Positions 8,912-17,690 of a DNA stretch of 64,000 bases are shown here, piece after piece. Within the stretch, counting starts at the first letter, position 1. The number at the start of each line of letters is the position of its first letter. A program made the position numbers and the translations under genes. The notes beneath the pieces are model-generated. The model saw only the letters and a program-made list of their open reading frames with translations. It made no database searches and was not told the DNA's origin. The stretch is from Chthoniobacterales bacterium (GTDB lineage Bacteria > Verrucomicrobiota > Verrucomicrobiia > Chthoniobacterales > JACTMZ01), in contig JBGSSV010000180.1 in assembly GCA_041736875.1 (NCBI GenBank), forward strand, positions 44,851 through 108,850, in the 5' to 3' direction.

Positions 8912-9600
8912 AACTGGGGCTCATCTCCGACATCCACGGAAACTACGAGGCGCTCAAAGCCGTCCTTGGGGAACTGGATCGCCGTGGGGTTGATGAAATC
9001 CTCTGCTTGGGCGATGTCGTGGGCTACTACCCGCAGATCAATGAGTGCTGCGAGGAGCTGCGCGCCAGGAAGGTGTCGTCGCTCATGGGTAATCATGACT
9101 GGTATTTGTGCGGGGGCGGATTTTGTCCGCGTTCGCAGAGCGTCAACGACTGTCTGGCTTACCAACGTCAGCTCATCACTGCGGAGAATCTCAACTGGCT
9201 CGGGGGGCTGCGGACGCATGCGCGCGTGGGGGATCTGAAGCTGGTTCATGGTGGGTGGTGCGACCCCCTTGACGAGTATCTGACCGAACCGTCTGAGGAG
9301 TATTTTACCCGCGTCGTCGGGAGTATCTTTGCCTCGGGACACACGCACATGCAGGCTTTGCATCGCTGGAAGGGGAAGACTTACTGCAATCCTGGATCCG
9401 TCGGCCAACCGCGAGACGGCGACCCGCGGGCGGCCTTTGCCATCTTTGACGGGGAATTTCATCTCCTCCGCGTCGCTTACGAAATGGAACCCGTATTCGG
9501 CCTCATGGCTACCCTTGGTTTCAGCGACTACTACTACGGTTGTCTGAAGACCGGAGCACGCAATCTCTGCCGTCTGCCGGCTTCGACTCAAGCGCGATGA
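8908..9600 (+). CDS. Metallophosphoesterase (YfcE/MJ0936-like)
   Basis: Motifs DIHGN, GDVVGY, GNHD and GHTH in canonical order. Confidence 0.85.
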   Translation: MKLGLISDIHGNYEALKAVLGELDRRGVDEILCLGDVVGYYPQINECCEELRARKVSSLMGNHDWYLCGGGFCPRSQSVNDCLAYQRQLITAENLNWLGGLRTHARVGDLKLVHGGWCDPLDEYLTEPSEEYFTRVVGSIFASGHTHMQALHRWKGKTYCNPGSVGQPRDGDPRAAFAIFDGEFHLLRVAYEMEPVFGLMATLGFSDYYYGCLKTGARNLCRLPASTQAR

Positions 9601-10586
9601 AGAGATGGCCAACCTTCCGATGGCGCAAATTGGGGCACCTGTTCGGGCCGGCGAATCCTCTGGCTCCGCCCTGGATGCACTCCCATGCGCAAACTCCGGC
9701 CGTTCTCGCGTGCGGCGATTACGTGCGCATTTTTTTCTGCACCCGCCCGCCGCCTGAGGAGACAGGACTGTTCACGAGTCTGATCGGCTATGTGGACGTT
9801 GATTCCGCGGACATTTTCCGGGTTCTCCGGGTCAGCCAGGCACCCGTGCTCAGTTTGGGAGCGCGGGGCGCTTTCGACGAGTTTGGCACTAATCCGGTAT
9901 CCGTGATTTCCGTGGGGGACGAGGTGAGAGCCTATTATGCGGGCTGGTCGCGATGCGAGTCAGTGCCTTTCAATGCGGCGATCGGCTTGGCCGTCAGTCG
10001 GGACGGCGGTGACACATTCCAGCGCCTCGGACCGGGGCCTCTGCTCTCCTACACGCCGGACGAGCCTTTTGTTCTCGGGAGTCCCAAAATCCGACGATTC
10101 GGCGACGTTTGGTATTTACATTATGCTGCCGGCCGGCGCTGGCTCAAGTCGCCTGGACGCCCGGAACCCGTCTACCGGATTCGGTGCGCCACGTCCACTG
10201 ACGGTCTCACGTGGCATAAGGCGGGGTTGGACATCATCAAGCCTCAGTTGGGCGAGGACGAGTGCCAGGCGGGGGCCGACATCGTCGAGTTTGCGGGGCG
10301 CTGGCACATGTTTTTCTCCTATCGCTGGGCCTTGGACTTCAAAAACAAAGCCCGGGGCTACCGCATTGGTTACGCCGTCTCCGATGATCTGCTCAATTGG
10401 TCGCGCTGCGACGCTGCCGCGGGGATTGACGTTTCCGCCGAAGGTTGGGACTCCGAAATGGTCAGCTATGCGAACGTGTTCCACCACAATGGGACTCTTT
10501 ACATGCTCTACCAAGGCAACGAGGTGGGCCGGCACGGCTTTGGCCTGGCTGTGCTTGATCACTTCAGCGAGGAGTCGCGCGCATGA
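9597..10586 (+). CDS. Predicted beta-propeller protein (GH43/GH32/GH130-like fold), function unknown
   Basis: Repeated blade-like segments (VRAYYAGWS, LAVSRDGGDTF, CATSTDGLTW, YAVSDDLLNW). Start taken at the ATGA overlap at 9597. Confidence 0.55.
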   Translation: MKRWPTFRWRKLGHLFGPANPLAPPWMHSHAQTPAVLACGDYVRIFFCTRPPPEETGLFTSLIGYVDVDSADIFRVLRVSQAPVLSLGARGAFDEFGTNPVSVISVGDEVRAYYAGWSRCESVPFNAAIGLAVSRDGGDTFQRLGPGPLLSYTPDEPFVLGSPKIRRFGDVWYLHYAAGRRWLKSPGRPEPVYRIRCATSTDGLTWHKAGLDIIKPQLGEDECQAGADIVEFAGRWHMFFSYRWALDFKNKARGYRIGYAVSDDLLNWSRCDAAAGIDVSAEGWDSEMVSYANVFHHNGTLYMLYQGNEVGRHGFGLAVLDHFSEESRA

Positions 10587-11563
10587 TGCAGTGGCAGAAA
10601 GTCGGGAGAATCTTCAGCCCAGCGCAGCACACACTGCCTATGGGGTGCTTCGCCTTTGCCAAAAGCCCTCAGGCTGTGGTCTTCGACAGGTTCGTGCGGG
10701 TCTATTTCTCCTCCTGCCGTCGCGATGAATCCGGGAAGTATCTCAGCCATGTTTGCTACGCGGATTATACCCCGGACTTCGGGGCGATACTTGATGTCGC
10801 GCAACATCAGGTCCTGCCTCTCGGAGAACTGGGCGCTTTTGATGAGCACGGAATCTTCCCTGTCCACATCTACCGAGAGGGTAACGAGTTGCGAGCCTAC
10901 ACGACGGGATGGAGTCGCCGGGTGTCGGTCTCCGCTGAGTCCTCGATCGGCTTGGCCATAAGCCGTGACCAAGGCCGAACGTTTGAGAAGATTGGGCCAG
11001 GCCCGATTCTCAGCGCATCTCTGCACGAACCGTTCTTGGTGGCGGATGGTTTTGTTCTCAAGATCGCGGGCACCTACCACATGTGGTATATCTACGGGCA
11101 GCGATGGATCAACGGGGTCTTAGGCGGCCAAGCGGAGAGGGTTTACAAGATCAGCCACGCAACCTCTGACGATGGCGTAGTCTGGACGAGGACAGGTTGC
11201 CAGCCGATCCCGGACAGCCTTGGTCCTGACGAGTGTCAGGCTTTGCCTTCGGTTCTGGAGGTGGATGGTGTTTACCACATGGTCTTTTGCTACCGCGATG
11301 CCATCGGCTTCCGCACGGAGCCGGGCAAGGGCTATCGCTTGGGATATGCCTATTCCCGCGATCTTCTCAATTGGCAGCGGGACGACGGCGTGCTCGGCCT
11401 TGAGCCCTCCGGCAGCGGGTGGGACGGAGAAATGATGTGTTACCCGCACATCTTTCGAGCCGGCAACAGAATTGCGCTCCTCTACAACGGCAATGGTTTT
11501 GGCCTGGAGGGCTTTGGTTTGGCCTATTTGGAGTCAGAAATCAACGAGCACATGAACTCATGA
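10583..11563 (+). CDS. Paralog of the preceding beta-propeller protein
   Basis: Collinear similarity to 9597..10586 (LRAYTTGWS, LAISRDQGRTF, HATSDDGVVW, YAYSRDLLNW). ATGA overlap. Confidence 0.55.
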   Translation: MMQWQKVGRIFSPAQHTLPMGCFAFAKSPQAVVFDRFVRVYFSSCRRDESGKYLSHVCYADYTPDFGAILDVAQHQVLPLGELGAFDEHGIFPVHIYREGNELRAYTTGWSRRVSVSAESSIGLAISRDQGRTFEKIGPGPILSASLHEPFLVADGFVLKIAGTYHMWYIYGQRWINGVLGGQAERVYKISHATSDDGVVWTRTGCQPIPDSLGPDECQALPSVLEVDGVYHMVFCYRDAIGFRTEPGKGYRLGYAYSRDLLNWQRDDGVLGLEPSGSGWDGEMMCYPHIFRAGNRIALLYNGNGFGLEGFGLAYLESEINEHMNS

Positions 11564-12303
11564 AAAGGGACTACGATCAGGAAGCACAAGACAACGCCGA
11601 TAGGCAGTATGGTTACGATTTCGATTACGACGTCATGCACCGCTACATGGTCGACTCTTTTCGGCCGCTGCTGCGGCCTGGCTCGGCCCTCGAACTAGGA
11701 AGCTTCGAGGGGCGATTCACTGGGCGTCTGCTCGGGCTCTTCGATCATCTGACCTGCGTCGAAGCTTCCGGTGCAGCCGTCCACAAGGCACGCGCGCTGC
11801 ATGGCGAGCGTGCCAAGATTTTGGAGGGGCTCTTTGAGGAGGTTGTCCTGCCATCAAAGTTCGACAACATTTTCCTCACCCACGTTTTGGAGCATATGGA
11901 GGACGCGGTGGGCCTCTTGCGCCGCATCAACGATGAATGGCTCTCCGAGACCGGCCGCTTGTTTCTGGTCTGCCCCAATGCGAATGCGCCATCGCGGCAG
12001 ATTGCCGTGAAGATGGGCGTCATCTCGCACAACGCTGCCGTTACGGTTGGGGAGGCCCAACATGGGCATCACCGCACTTACTCGCTGGACACCTTGGAGC
12101 GAGACGCGGTGGCCGCCGGCCTGCGCGTCGTTCAGCGCTCGGGAATCTTCTTCAAAGCCTTGGCCAATTTCCAGTGGGACAAAATTCTGAACACCGACGT
12201 GATCTCCCAAGAATATCTTGATGGTTGTTACGCTCTGGGACAGGTGTATCCGGATTTGTGCGCCAGCATCTTCCTGCTCTGCGAGAAAGGCCGATCGGCC
12301 TAA
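11560..12303 (+). CDS. Class I SAM-dependent methyltransferase (247 codons), paralog of 6370..7113
   Basis: LELGSFEGRFT and THVLEHMEDAVGLLRRINDEWLSETGRLFLVCPN. Same length as 6370..7113 and collinear with it. ATGA overlap. Confidence 0.8.
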   Translation: MKRDYDQEAQDNADRQYGYDFDYDVMHRYMVDSFRPLLRPGSALELGSFEGRFTGRLLGLFDHLTCVEASGAAVHKARALHGERAKILEGLFEEVVLPSKFDNIFLTHVLEHMEDAVGLLRRINDEWLSETGRLFLVCPNANAPSRQIAVKMGVISHNAAVTVGEAQHGHHRTYSLDTLERDAVAAGLRVVQRSGIFFKALANFQWDKILNTDVISQEYLDGCYALGQVYPDLCASIFLLCEKGRSA

Positions 12304-12315
12304 GAGTCAGCTTTT

Positions 12316-13437
12316 GTGAACGAGGCAAAACTCTACGTTGGTCGTCCGAATTTGGGCAGCCGGGAAGCCTTCCTGGCCCGGGTCAATGGCATTCTGGACC
12401 GGCGCTGGCTCTCGAATGACGGCCCGGTACTCCAGGAATTCGAGCGGAAAATCGCCTCGCTTCTCGGGGTTAAACACGTGGTCGCACTCAACAACGCCAC
12501 GGCGGCCCTGGAAATCGCCAGCAAGGCGCTCGAACTCCAGGGCGAGGTTATCGTCCCAAGCTACACTTTTGTGGCCACGGCGCATGCGCTCCAGTGGCAG
12601 GGCATCACGCCGGTGTTCGGCGACATGGATCCTACCACCCACAACATCGACCCGACGAAAATTGAGGAGTTGATCACGCCTCGCACGACCGGAATCGTCG
12701 GGGTTCACGTCTGGGGAAGAGGCTGCGATACGGCGGCGATCGAGGCCGTCGCTGCGCGCCACAACCTCAAGGTCATGTATGATGCCTCGCATGGATTTGC
12801 CTGTTCGACTGGAGGCCGGATGCTCGGAAACTTCGGGGCCTGCGAAGTGTTCAGCTTCCACGCGACGAAGTTCATCAATTGCTTCGAAGGCGGCGCATTG
12901 GTCACCAATGACGATGCGCTGGCCGAAAAAGTCCGGCTCATGCGCAACTTCGGTTTCGTCGACTACGACAAGGTCATCTACCTCGGCATCAACGGCAAGA
13001 TGAACGAGGTCTGCGCGGCCATGGGCCTGACCAACCTCGAAGCGATGGATGAGATTGTCGCCACCAATCTCCGCAACTACGAAGCCTACAGGGAGGGGCT
13101 GGCCGGCCAGCCCGGTATTTCAATCATAGCCTACGACCGGGCCGAGCGGAACAACTACCAATATGTCGTGATCGAGGTGGACCCAGAACTGAGCCCGCGG
13201 AGTCGCGACGAAATTGTGGCGGCTCTTCACGCCGAGAATGTCATTGCGAGAAAGTATTTTTGGCCGGGCTGCCATCGGATGGAACCGTATCGCACAACCC
13301 AGCCGGACGCCGGGAAGAGGTTGACCGAAACCGAGCGGATTGCTGGCAGGGTGATCGTCCTGCCCACTGGGCAGAGTGTAGAGAGAGCGACCGTGGGGAG
13401 GGTTTGTCGCATCATCGAACGGGCGCTTCGCCGCTGA
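12316..13437 (+). CDS. DegT/DnrJ/EryC1/StrS-family PLP-dependent sugar aminotransferase
   Basis: YTFVATAHAL, DASHGF and FSFHATKFI (PLP lysine context). GTG start. Confidence 0.9.
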   Translation: MNEAKLYVGRPNLGSREAFLARVNGILDRRWLSNDGPVLQEFERKIASLLGVKHVVALNNATAALEIASKALELQGEVIVPSYTFVATAHALQWQGITPVFGDMDPTTHNIDPTKIEELITPRTTGIVGVHVWGRGCDTAAIEAVAARHNLKVMYDASHGFACSTGGRMLGNFGACEVFSFHATKFINCFEGGALVTNDDALAEKVRLMRNFGFVDYDKVIYLGINGKMNEVCAAMGLTNLEAMDEIVATNLRNYEAYREGLAGQPGISIIAYDRAERNNYQYVVIEVDPELSPRSRDEIVAALHAENVIARKYFWPGCHRMEPYRTTQPDAGKRLTETERIAGRVIVLPTGQSVERATVGRVCRIIERALRR

Positions 13438-13468
13438 GAGTTACCATGGGCGACGAAGGCGAATAGGT

Positions 13469-14533
13469 ATGGAGACGTCATCAATGCTGGTGAAGCCGGT
13501 GCCAATCACTGAGCAGGCCTGGCCAGAGGGGACTGTGCCAACGGTGAGCGTATTCAACTGGACCTACAACCATGCGATGTTTATCCGGGCAAGTATTGAC
13601 AGCATTCTCATGCAGGAAACGACCTTTCCGGTGGAAATTATCATACACGATGACGCATCGACCGACGGCACGACGGAGATCATACGGCAATACGAGGCAA
13701 TTTATCCACATCTGTTCCGCAACATACTCCAAGAAGAAAACCAATTGTCTCAGGGTAGGAGTGTGATGAAGCCGCTATACGCTGCTCCCCTAGGCGAGTT
13801 CATCGCTCTAACGCACGGCGATGACTACTGGACAAGCGAGTCCAAGTTGCAAAAGCAGGTGGAAATGCTCATGTGCAATCCTCAAGCTTCATTGGCGTAT
13901 CACCCAATCGTGTCTGAGCGGAATGGACAGAAGGAAGTCGATGTGTCGTCGGATGGCTTTCGAGTCAAATCTGTGGCAGACGTCCTGCAAATACGGGGTA
14001 TCCACACCAGTGCGATGGTGTTTCGGCGCTGCTCTTTGCCTGGTGCCAGCGCTTGGATGCATGGTTTGCCGGTTGGTGATATACCACTCCAGTTGCACTT
14101 GGCGGATTCTGGCGAAATACTCTTCATGCCAGAGGAAAGCAGCGTCTACCGAAAACACCCAGGCGGCTGGACTGCAGGCGCTCGATTGGAGACTCCGCGC
14201 GTCGTAGATTCACTTCGCCAAGTGCTTTTAGGTTTCAATCGATACACAAGACAGAGGTATAGAGCCTTAATCTTTCGAAGGTTGCTCGAACTGCACATCG
14301 GCGCGGTTGCCGCTGCGGAGCAGGAAAGCGACAGGAAAGCTGTGTCGCGGCATCGGTGGTTGGCCATGACCACATGGTCGAAGCTTCCGGAGGTGTCAGG
14401 ATTGATCAACTGCGTCGCCGGTAATGTTTTTGGTCCGATTGTGCGCAAGGCATACTTTCGGCTTTGCACTGTAAAAAATTCCCTACTCAACAGGGGCAGG
14501 TTGTCTTCCAAAAATCAGACCCGAGGCGACTGA
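13469..14533 (+). CDS. Glycosyltransferase family 2
   Basis: VSVFNWTYNHAMFIRASIDSILMQETTFPVEIIIHDDASTDGT. Visibly more A/T-rich than its neighbours. Confidence 0.8.
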   Translation: METSSMLVKPVPITEQAWPEGTVPTVSVFNWTYNHAMFIRASIDSILMQETTFPVEIIIHDDASTDGTTEIIRQYEAIYPHLFRNILQEENQLSQGRSVMKPLYAAPLGEFIALTHGDDYWTSESKLQKQVEMLMCNPQASLAYHPIVSERNGQKEVDVSSDGFRVKSVADVLQIRGIHTSAMVFRRCSLPGASAWMHGLPVGDIPLQLHLADSGEILFMPEESSVYRKHPGGWTAGARLETPRVVDSLRQVLLGFNRYTRQRYRALIFRRLLELHIGAVAAAEQESDRKAVSRHRWLAMTTWSKLPEVSGLINCVAGNVFGPIVRKAYFRLCTVKNSLLNRGRLSSKNQTRGD

Positions 14534-14695
14534 TCACGGCTAGCGTCTCTATGATCATTCCCGCCTTATGGGAGGTCTGGCAAGCCAGACGGGGCGGTTG
14601 CGGCTGGCGAGTAAAGCGCGAGAAAGTGAGAATGTGGGAAGGCTTTGGATGCAAAGCCGATGCCGACGACTAAAGGCTGATCGCTGTCGACTTTT

Positions 14696-15592
14696 ATGAT
14701 TATCTCCCACCTAATGGGCGGCCTGGGCAACCAAATGTTCGAGTATGCGGCGGGTTTGTCGCTCGCGCGGCGGCGGCGCACCGTGCTGAAGCTGGATGTG
14801 TCATTTTACTGTGAGCATGATATCGACGACCGCCATTACTCGCTCGACTGCCTGAACGTGCCGGCGCAATATGCTACGGACGAGGAACTCTGGCGTCTGC
14901 GGGGAACGGTGGGGAGGAAGCAGGCGCTCATGCGGCGGACTCTTCTGGCACTCGGCCAGCGGCGACTCGCTGGGATGCTCGAGGTCAGGGGGCAGTCGCA
15001 TTACCAGAAGCAGTGGGCTTACTATCCGGAGTTCCATGAATTGCCGGACAACACGTGGCTGCACGGTAACTACCAGTCGGAGAAGTTCTTTGCACCGGTA
15101 GCGGACATCTTGCGCCACCAGTTCACCTTTCGCTACCCCCCTACGCCGGAAGTGGAAGCCATGGCGGCACGGATCAAGTCAGGTTCATCCGTGGCGGTGC
15201 ATTTCCGTCGCGGGGACTATCTCGGGCAATACAGCGGGATCGGGGCCTTGTCGCATAAGTATTACGACGAAGCGATCCGCCTGCTGCACGCAAAACTCCC
15301 GTCGGGGACGGTGTATTATTTGTTTTCCGACGAGATTGAGGCGGTAGAGCGTGAATACAAACCGCCTGTGCCGCACGTGTTCGTGAAGTGCTTCGACCAC
15401 GCGAACTACTACGACAAGATCCGCCTGATGGCGGCCTGTGACCACAACATCATCGCGAACAGCACCTTCAGTTGGTGGGCGGCATGGATGAATCCCTCGG
15501 CCGAAAGGATGGTCATTGCGCCCAAACAGTGGTTTGCAAATGGAGAACATCCGGACAAGCACATGTGCCCGGAGATATGGATCAGGGTCTGA
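14696..15592 (+). CDS. Alpha-1,2-fucosyltransferase-like glycosyltransferase (GT11)
   Basis: GGLGNQMFEYAAG, VAVHFRRGDY and STFSWWAAWM are GT11 motifs. Confidence 0.85.
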   Translation: MIISHLMGGLGNQMFEYAAGLSLARRRRTVLKLDVSFYCEHDIDDRHYSLDCLNVPAQYATDEELWRLRGTVGRKQALMRRTLLALGQRRLAGMLEVRGQSHYQKQWAYYPEFHELPDNTWLHGNYQSEKFFAPVADILRHQFTFRYPPTPEVEAMAARIKSGSSVAVHFRRGDYLGQYSGIGALSHKYYDEAIRLLHAKLPSGTVYYLFSDEIEAVEREYKPPVPHVFVKCFDHANYYDKIRLMAACDHNIIANSTFSWWAAWMNPSAERMVIAPKQWFANGEHPDKHMCPEIWIRV

Positions 15593-15685
15593 GAGTAGGA
15601 AAGTGAGAGGGTTATAAGGTGCGAGGGTTGGGGGGAGCTGCATTGAGGTGGTGAGGCTGAAGGCCTGCCGCCCGAAAAGCGACAA

Positions 15686-16813
15686 ATGAGAGTTTCGGTC
15701 ATTCCAACAATCACGGACTACCCGTGGGGTGCTCCGGGGCATTGTATGGGTGCGTTGGTGGAGGAGTTGCTTGCGGCGGGGCATGCGGTGCAGTGGTTTG
15801 TGGCGCCCGTCGATGTCGGGCATCCCGAGGTGGCGCGGTTGGCGAGGGCAGGAGCAAAGGTGGCGCAGCTTCCGCATCCGGATCGGACTTATGTCCGGCT
15901 TGCCGGTGTGCGCCGAAAGCTCAGCCGACTTCTCCAAAGAGAGTGCGGGTTGGCTGACCTCGTCGGTGCGTTTCGGCCGGACCATGTCTTTTTGAACCAA
16001 GGAGGCACTTGGTGCGGGACGATGGATCAATTTTACAGGGTTCTGGAGACAAGAAGCGGCCGGTTCAGCTTGATTTGTCATCTGAATCACGTCGCGGCAC
16101 CGATGGGCGGTGAAGTCCTTGCGCGGGCGCGATGGCTGGCGGGAAATGCTACAAGGATGTTCTTCAATTCGCGATGGACGCACCGGTTGGCCGAGACGCA
16201 GATCGCCCAACGCGTTGGCGTGGCGGATTACTTTCAGTATCCGGTTCGCTTTGAGTTTACGTGGCCGCTGCCCTGGCCGGAGGGCGCCGTGCCGCGGCTG
16301 GCGATGGTGAACCGGTTCGACGTCTTCCATAAAGGCATCGATCTTGCCGTCGAGGCAGTGGCGCGGTTGAGAGATGGGGGCCAACGCCTGCAGCTCACGA
16401 TTGTGGGGCGTGGGGCGGACGAAGCATACATGAAAGATCTTGTAAAATTTCACAGGCTCAAGGAGGAGGTTATCGTTTTACCCTACACAGAGGATCTTCA
16501 AGAACTGTGGGCCACGCAGGAAATGCTCCTGCTGCCGTCGCGCTTCGAGGGCTTGGCGGTGGCCATGATCGAAGCGATGGGTTTCGGAAGACCCGCGCTT
16601 CGAACTCCTTATGGCGGCTGCGAGGAGTGGATCGAGGACGGGATGAATGGCTATGTCTGCGCGGCGGCGGAGTTGGATTTGCTGGTCGGGACGCTGAAGC
16701 GGGCCTTGTCGGAGCGGGACCGGTGGCAGGAGATGGGGCTGGCGGCCCACCGGAAAATTCAAGAGAGGCTGGACCGGTTTCCGGCGAAGGTGTTTTTGAA
16801 AAGTTTGGAGTGA
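15686..16813 (+). CDS. Glycosyltransferase family 4 (GT-B)
   Basis: LLLPSRFEGLAVAMIEAMGFGRPALRTPYGG (E-x7-E region). Confidence 0.8.
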   Translation: MRVSVIPTITDYPWGAPGHCMGALVEELLAAGHAVQWFVAPVDVGHPEVARLARAGAKVAQLPHPDRTYVRLAGVRRKLSRLLQRECGLADLVGAFRPDHVFLNQGGTWCGTMDQFYRVLETRSGRFSLICHLNHVAAPMGGEVLARARWLAGNATRMFFNSRWTHRLAETQIAQRVGVADYFQYPVRFEFTWPLPWPEGAVPRLAMVNRFDVFHKGIDLAVEAVARLRDGGQRLQLTIVGRGADEAYMKDLVKFHRLKEEVIVLPYTEDLQELWATQEMLLLPSRFEGLAVAMIEAMGFGRPALRTPYGGCEEWIEDGMNGYVCAAAELDLLVGTLKRALSERDRWQEMGLAAHRKIQERLDRFPAKVFLKSLE

Positions 16814-16950
16814 GGAGAGGGAAGGTGGGAAGGGTGGGATGAAAATGCTGCAATGCTGAAAAGCTGAAAACTGGGAAGTTGTCGGAAAGGGCCGCGATTC
16901 AGCCGTCGGAAGTCGTTTTCGGAACTTTTCTCTGGTTTTTCGCCTTTTTG
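16814..16950 (+). repeat. Intergenic purine-rich block plus octamer-type tandem tract
   Basis: ggagagggaaggtgggaagggtggg, then gatgaaaa tgctgcaa tgctgaaaa gctgaaaa ctgggaag, then gtcggaag tcgttttc. Confidence 0.55.
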
Positions 16951-16961
16951 AGCCAATAGGT

Positions 16962-17543
16962 GTGACTGCGATGGCCAAGTTGACGAATCAAATCTATAAG
17001 GCTGTTCTGGCTTGGCGACGATCTTGGGCTAGGGCGCAGGGCGTGGAATTGGGACGAGACGTGGGATTGGCACGGGGGGTGGATTTCAATGTCGGCAGCG
17101 GGTTCAAGAATTGCCTCAAAAATGCGAAGGCGCGGGGGCGCATACGCTTGGGCGAACGGGTGTGGGTTGAGAGGGGTGCTGTGCTTTGGGCGTTCGATGG
17201 CGCGATCACGACGGCGGACAATGTGTATCTTGGCCCCTATGTGACTGTCTATGGCCATGGCGGTGTCGAGATTGGCGAGCATACTCTCGTTTCGATGAAG
17301 GCGACGATTCTCTCCTCGAGCCATGCGATTCCACAGATTGGCAAGCTGATCCGGGAAACGCCGGACGAGTTGCTCCCCACAAAGATCGGCCGGGATGTGT
17401 GGATCGGTGCGAACGCGGTGATCCTTGGCGGAGTGACGATCGGAGATGGAGCGGTGGTTGCTGCCGGAGCAGTCGTTAACCGAGATGTGGAAGCGGGCGC
17501 CATCGTCGGCGGGGTGCCGGCGCGTTTGCTCCGCAAGCGTTGA
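16962..17543 (+). CDS. Hexapeptide-repeat sugar O-acetyltransferase
   Basis: IGRDVWIGANAVILGGVTIGDGAVVAAGAVVNRDVEAGAIVGGVPA. The start may be ATG 16971. Confidence 0.8.
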   Translation: MTAMAKLTNQIYKAVLAWRRSWARAQGVELGRDVGLARGVDFNVGSGFKNCLKNAKARGRIRLGERVWVERGAVLWAFDGAITTADNVYLGPYVTVYGHGGVEIGEHTLVSMKATILSSSHAIPQIGKLIRETPDELLPTKIGRDVWIGANAVILGGVTIGDGAVVAAGAVVNRDVEAGAIVGGVPARLLRKR

Positions 17544-17690
17544 AGTTGGCTGAAGTCTGTAGGCTGTCTTCAGCGAAACCACCGACAGAGCCGAAAGCCA
17601 ACATCCAGCAAGTAGCCAAGTGGCTGATTCCTTTTGAGCTGGCCGCTGTCTGCTGCCAACCGAAGACTGCCAACTGACGACTCAATCTTC

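Noticed and set aside
14464-14673. A 69-aa ORF in the gap between the GT2 and GT11 genes. The hairpin ggctttg-gatg-caaagcc at about 14641-14658 was also considered as a terminator.
   Set aside because: The ORF overlaps the end of the GT2 gene and has no recognisable features. The 7-bp stem has no following T-run, so the evidence is too weak to call either feature.
15340-15353. GGCGGTAGAGCGTG, which resembles the ops/JUMPStart element (GGCGGTAGCGTG) used by RfaH in enterobacterial polysaccharide operons.
   Set aside because: It is not an exact match (two extra bases). It lies inside the GT11 coding sequence, far from any 5' leader. An RfaH/ops mechanism is not established for this kind of organism.
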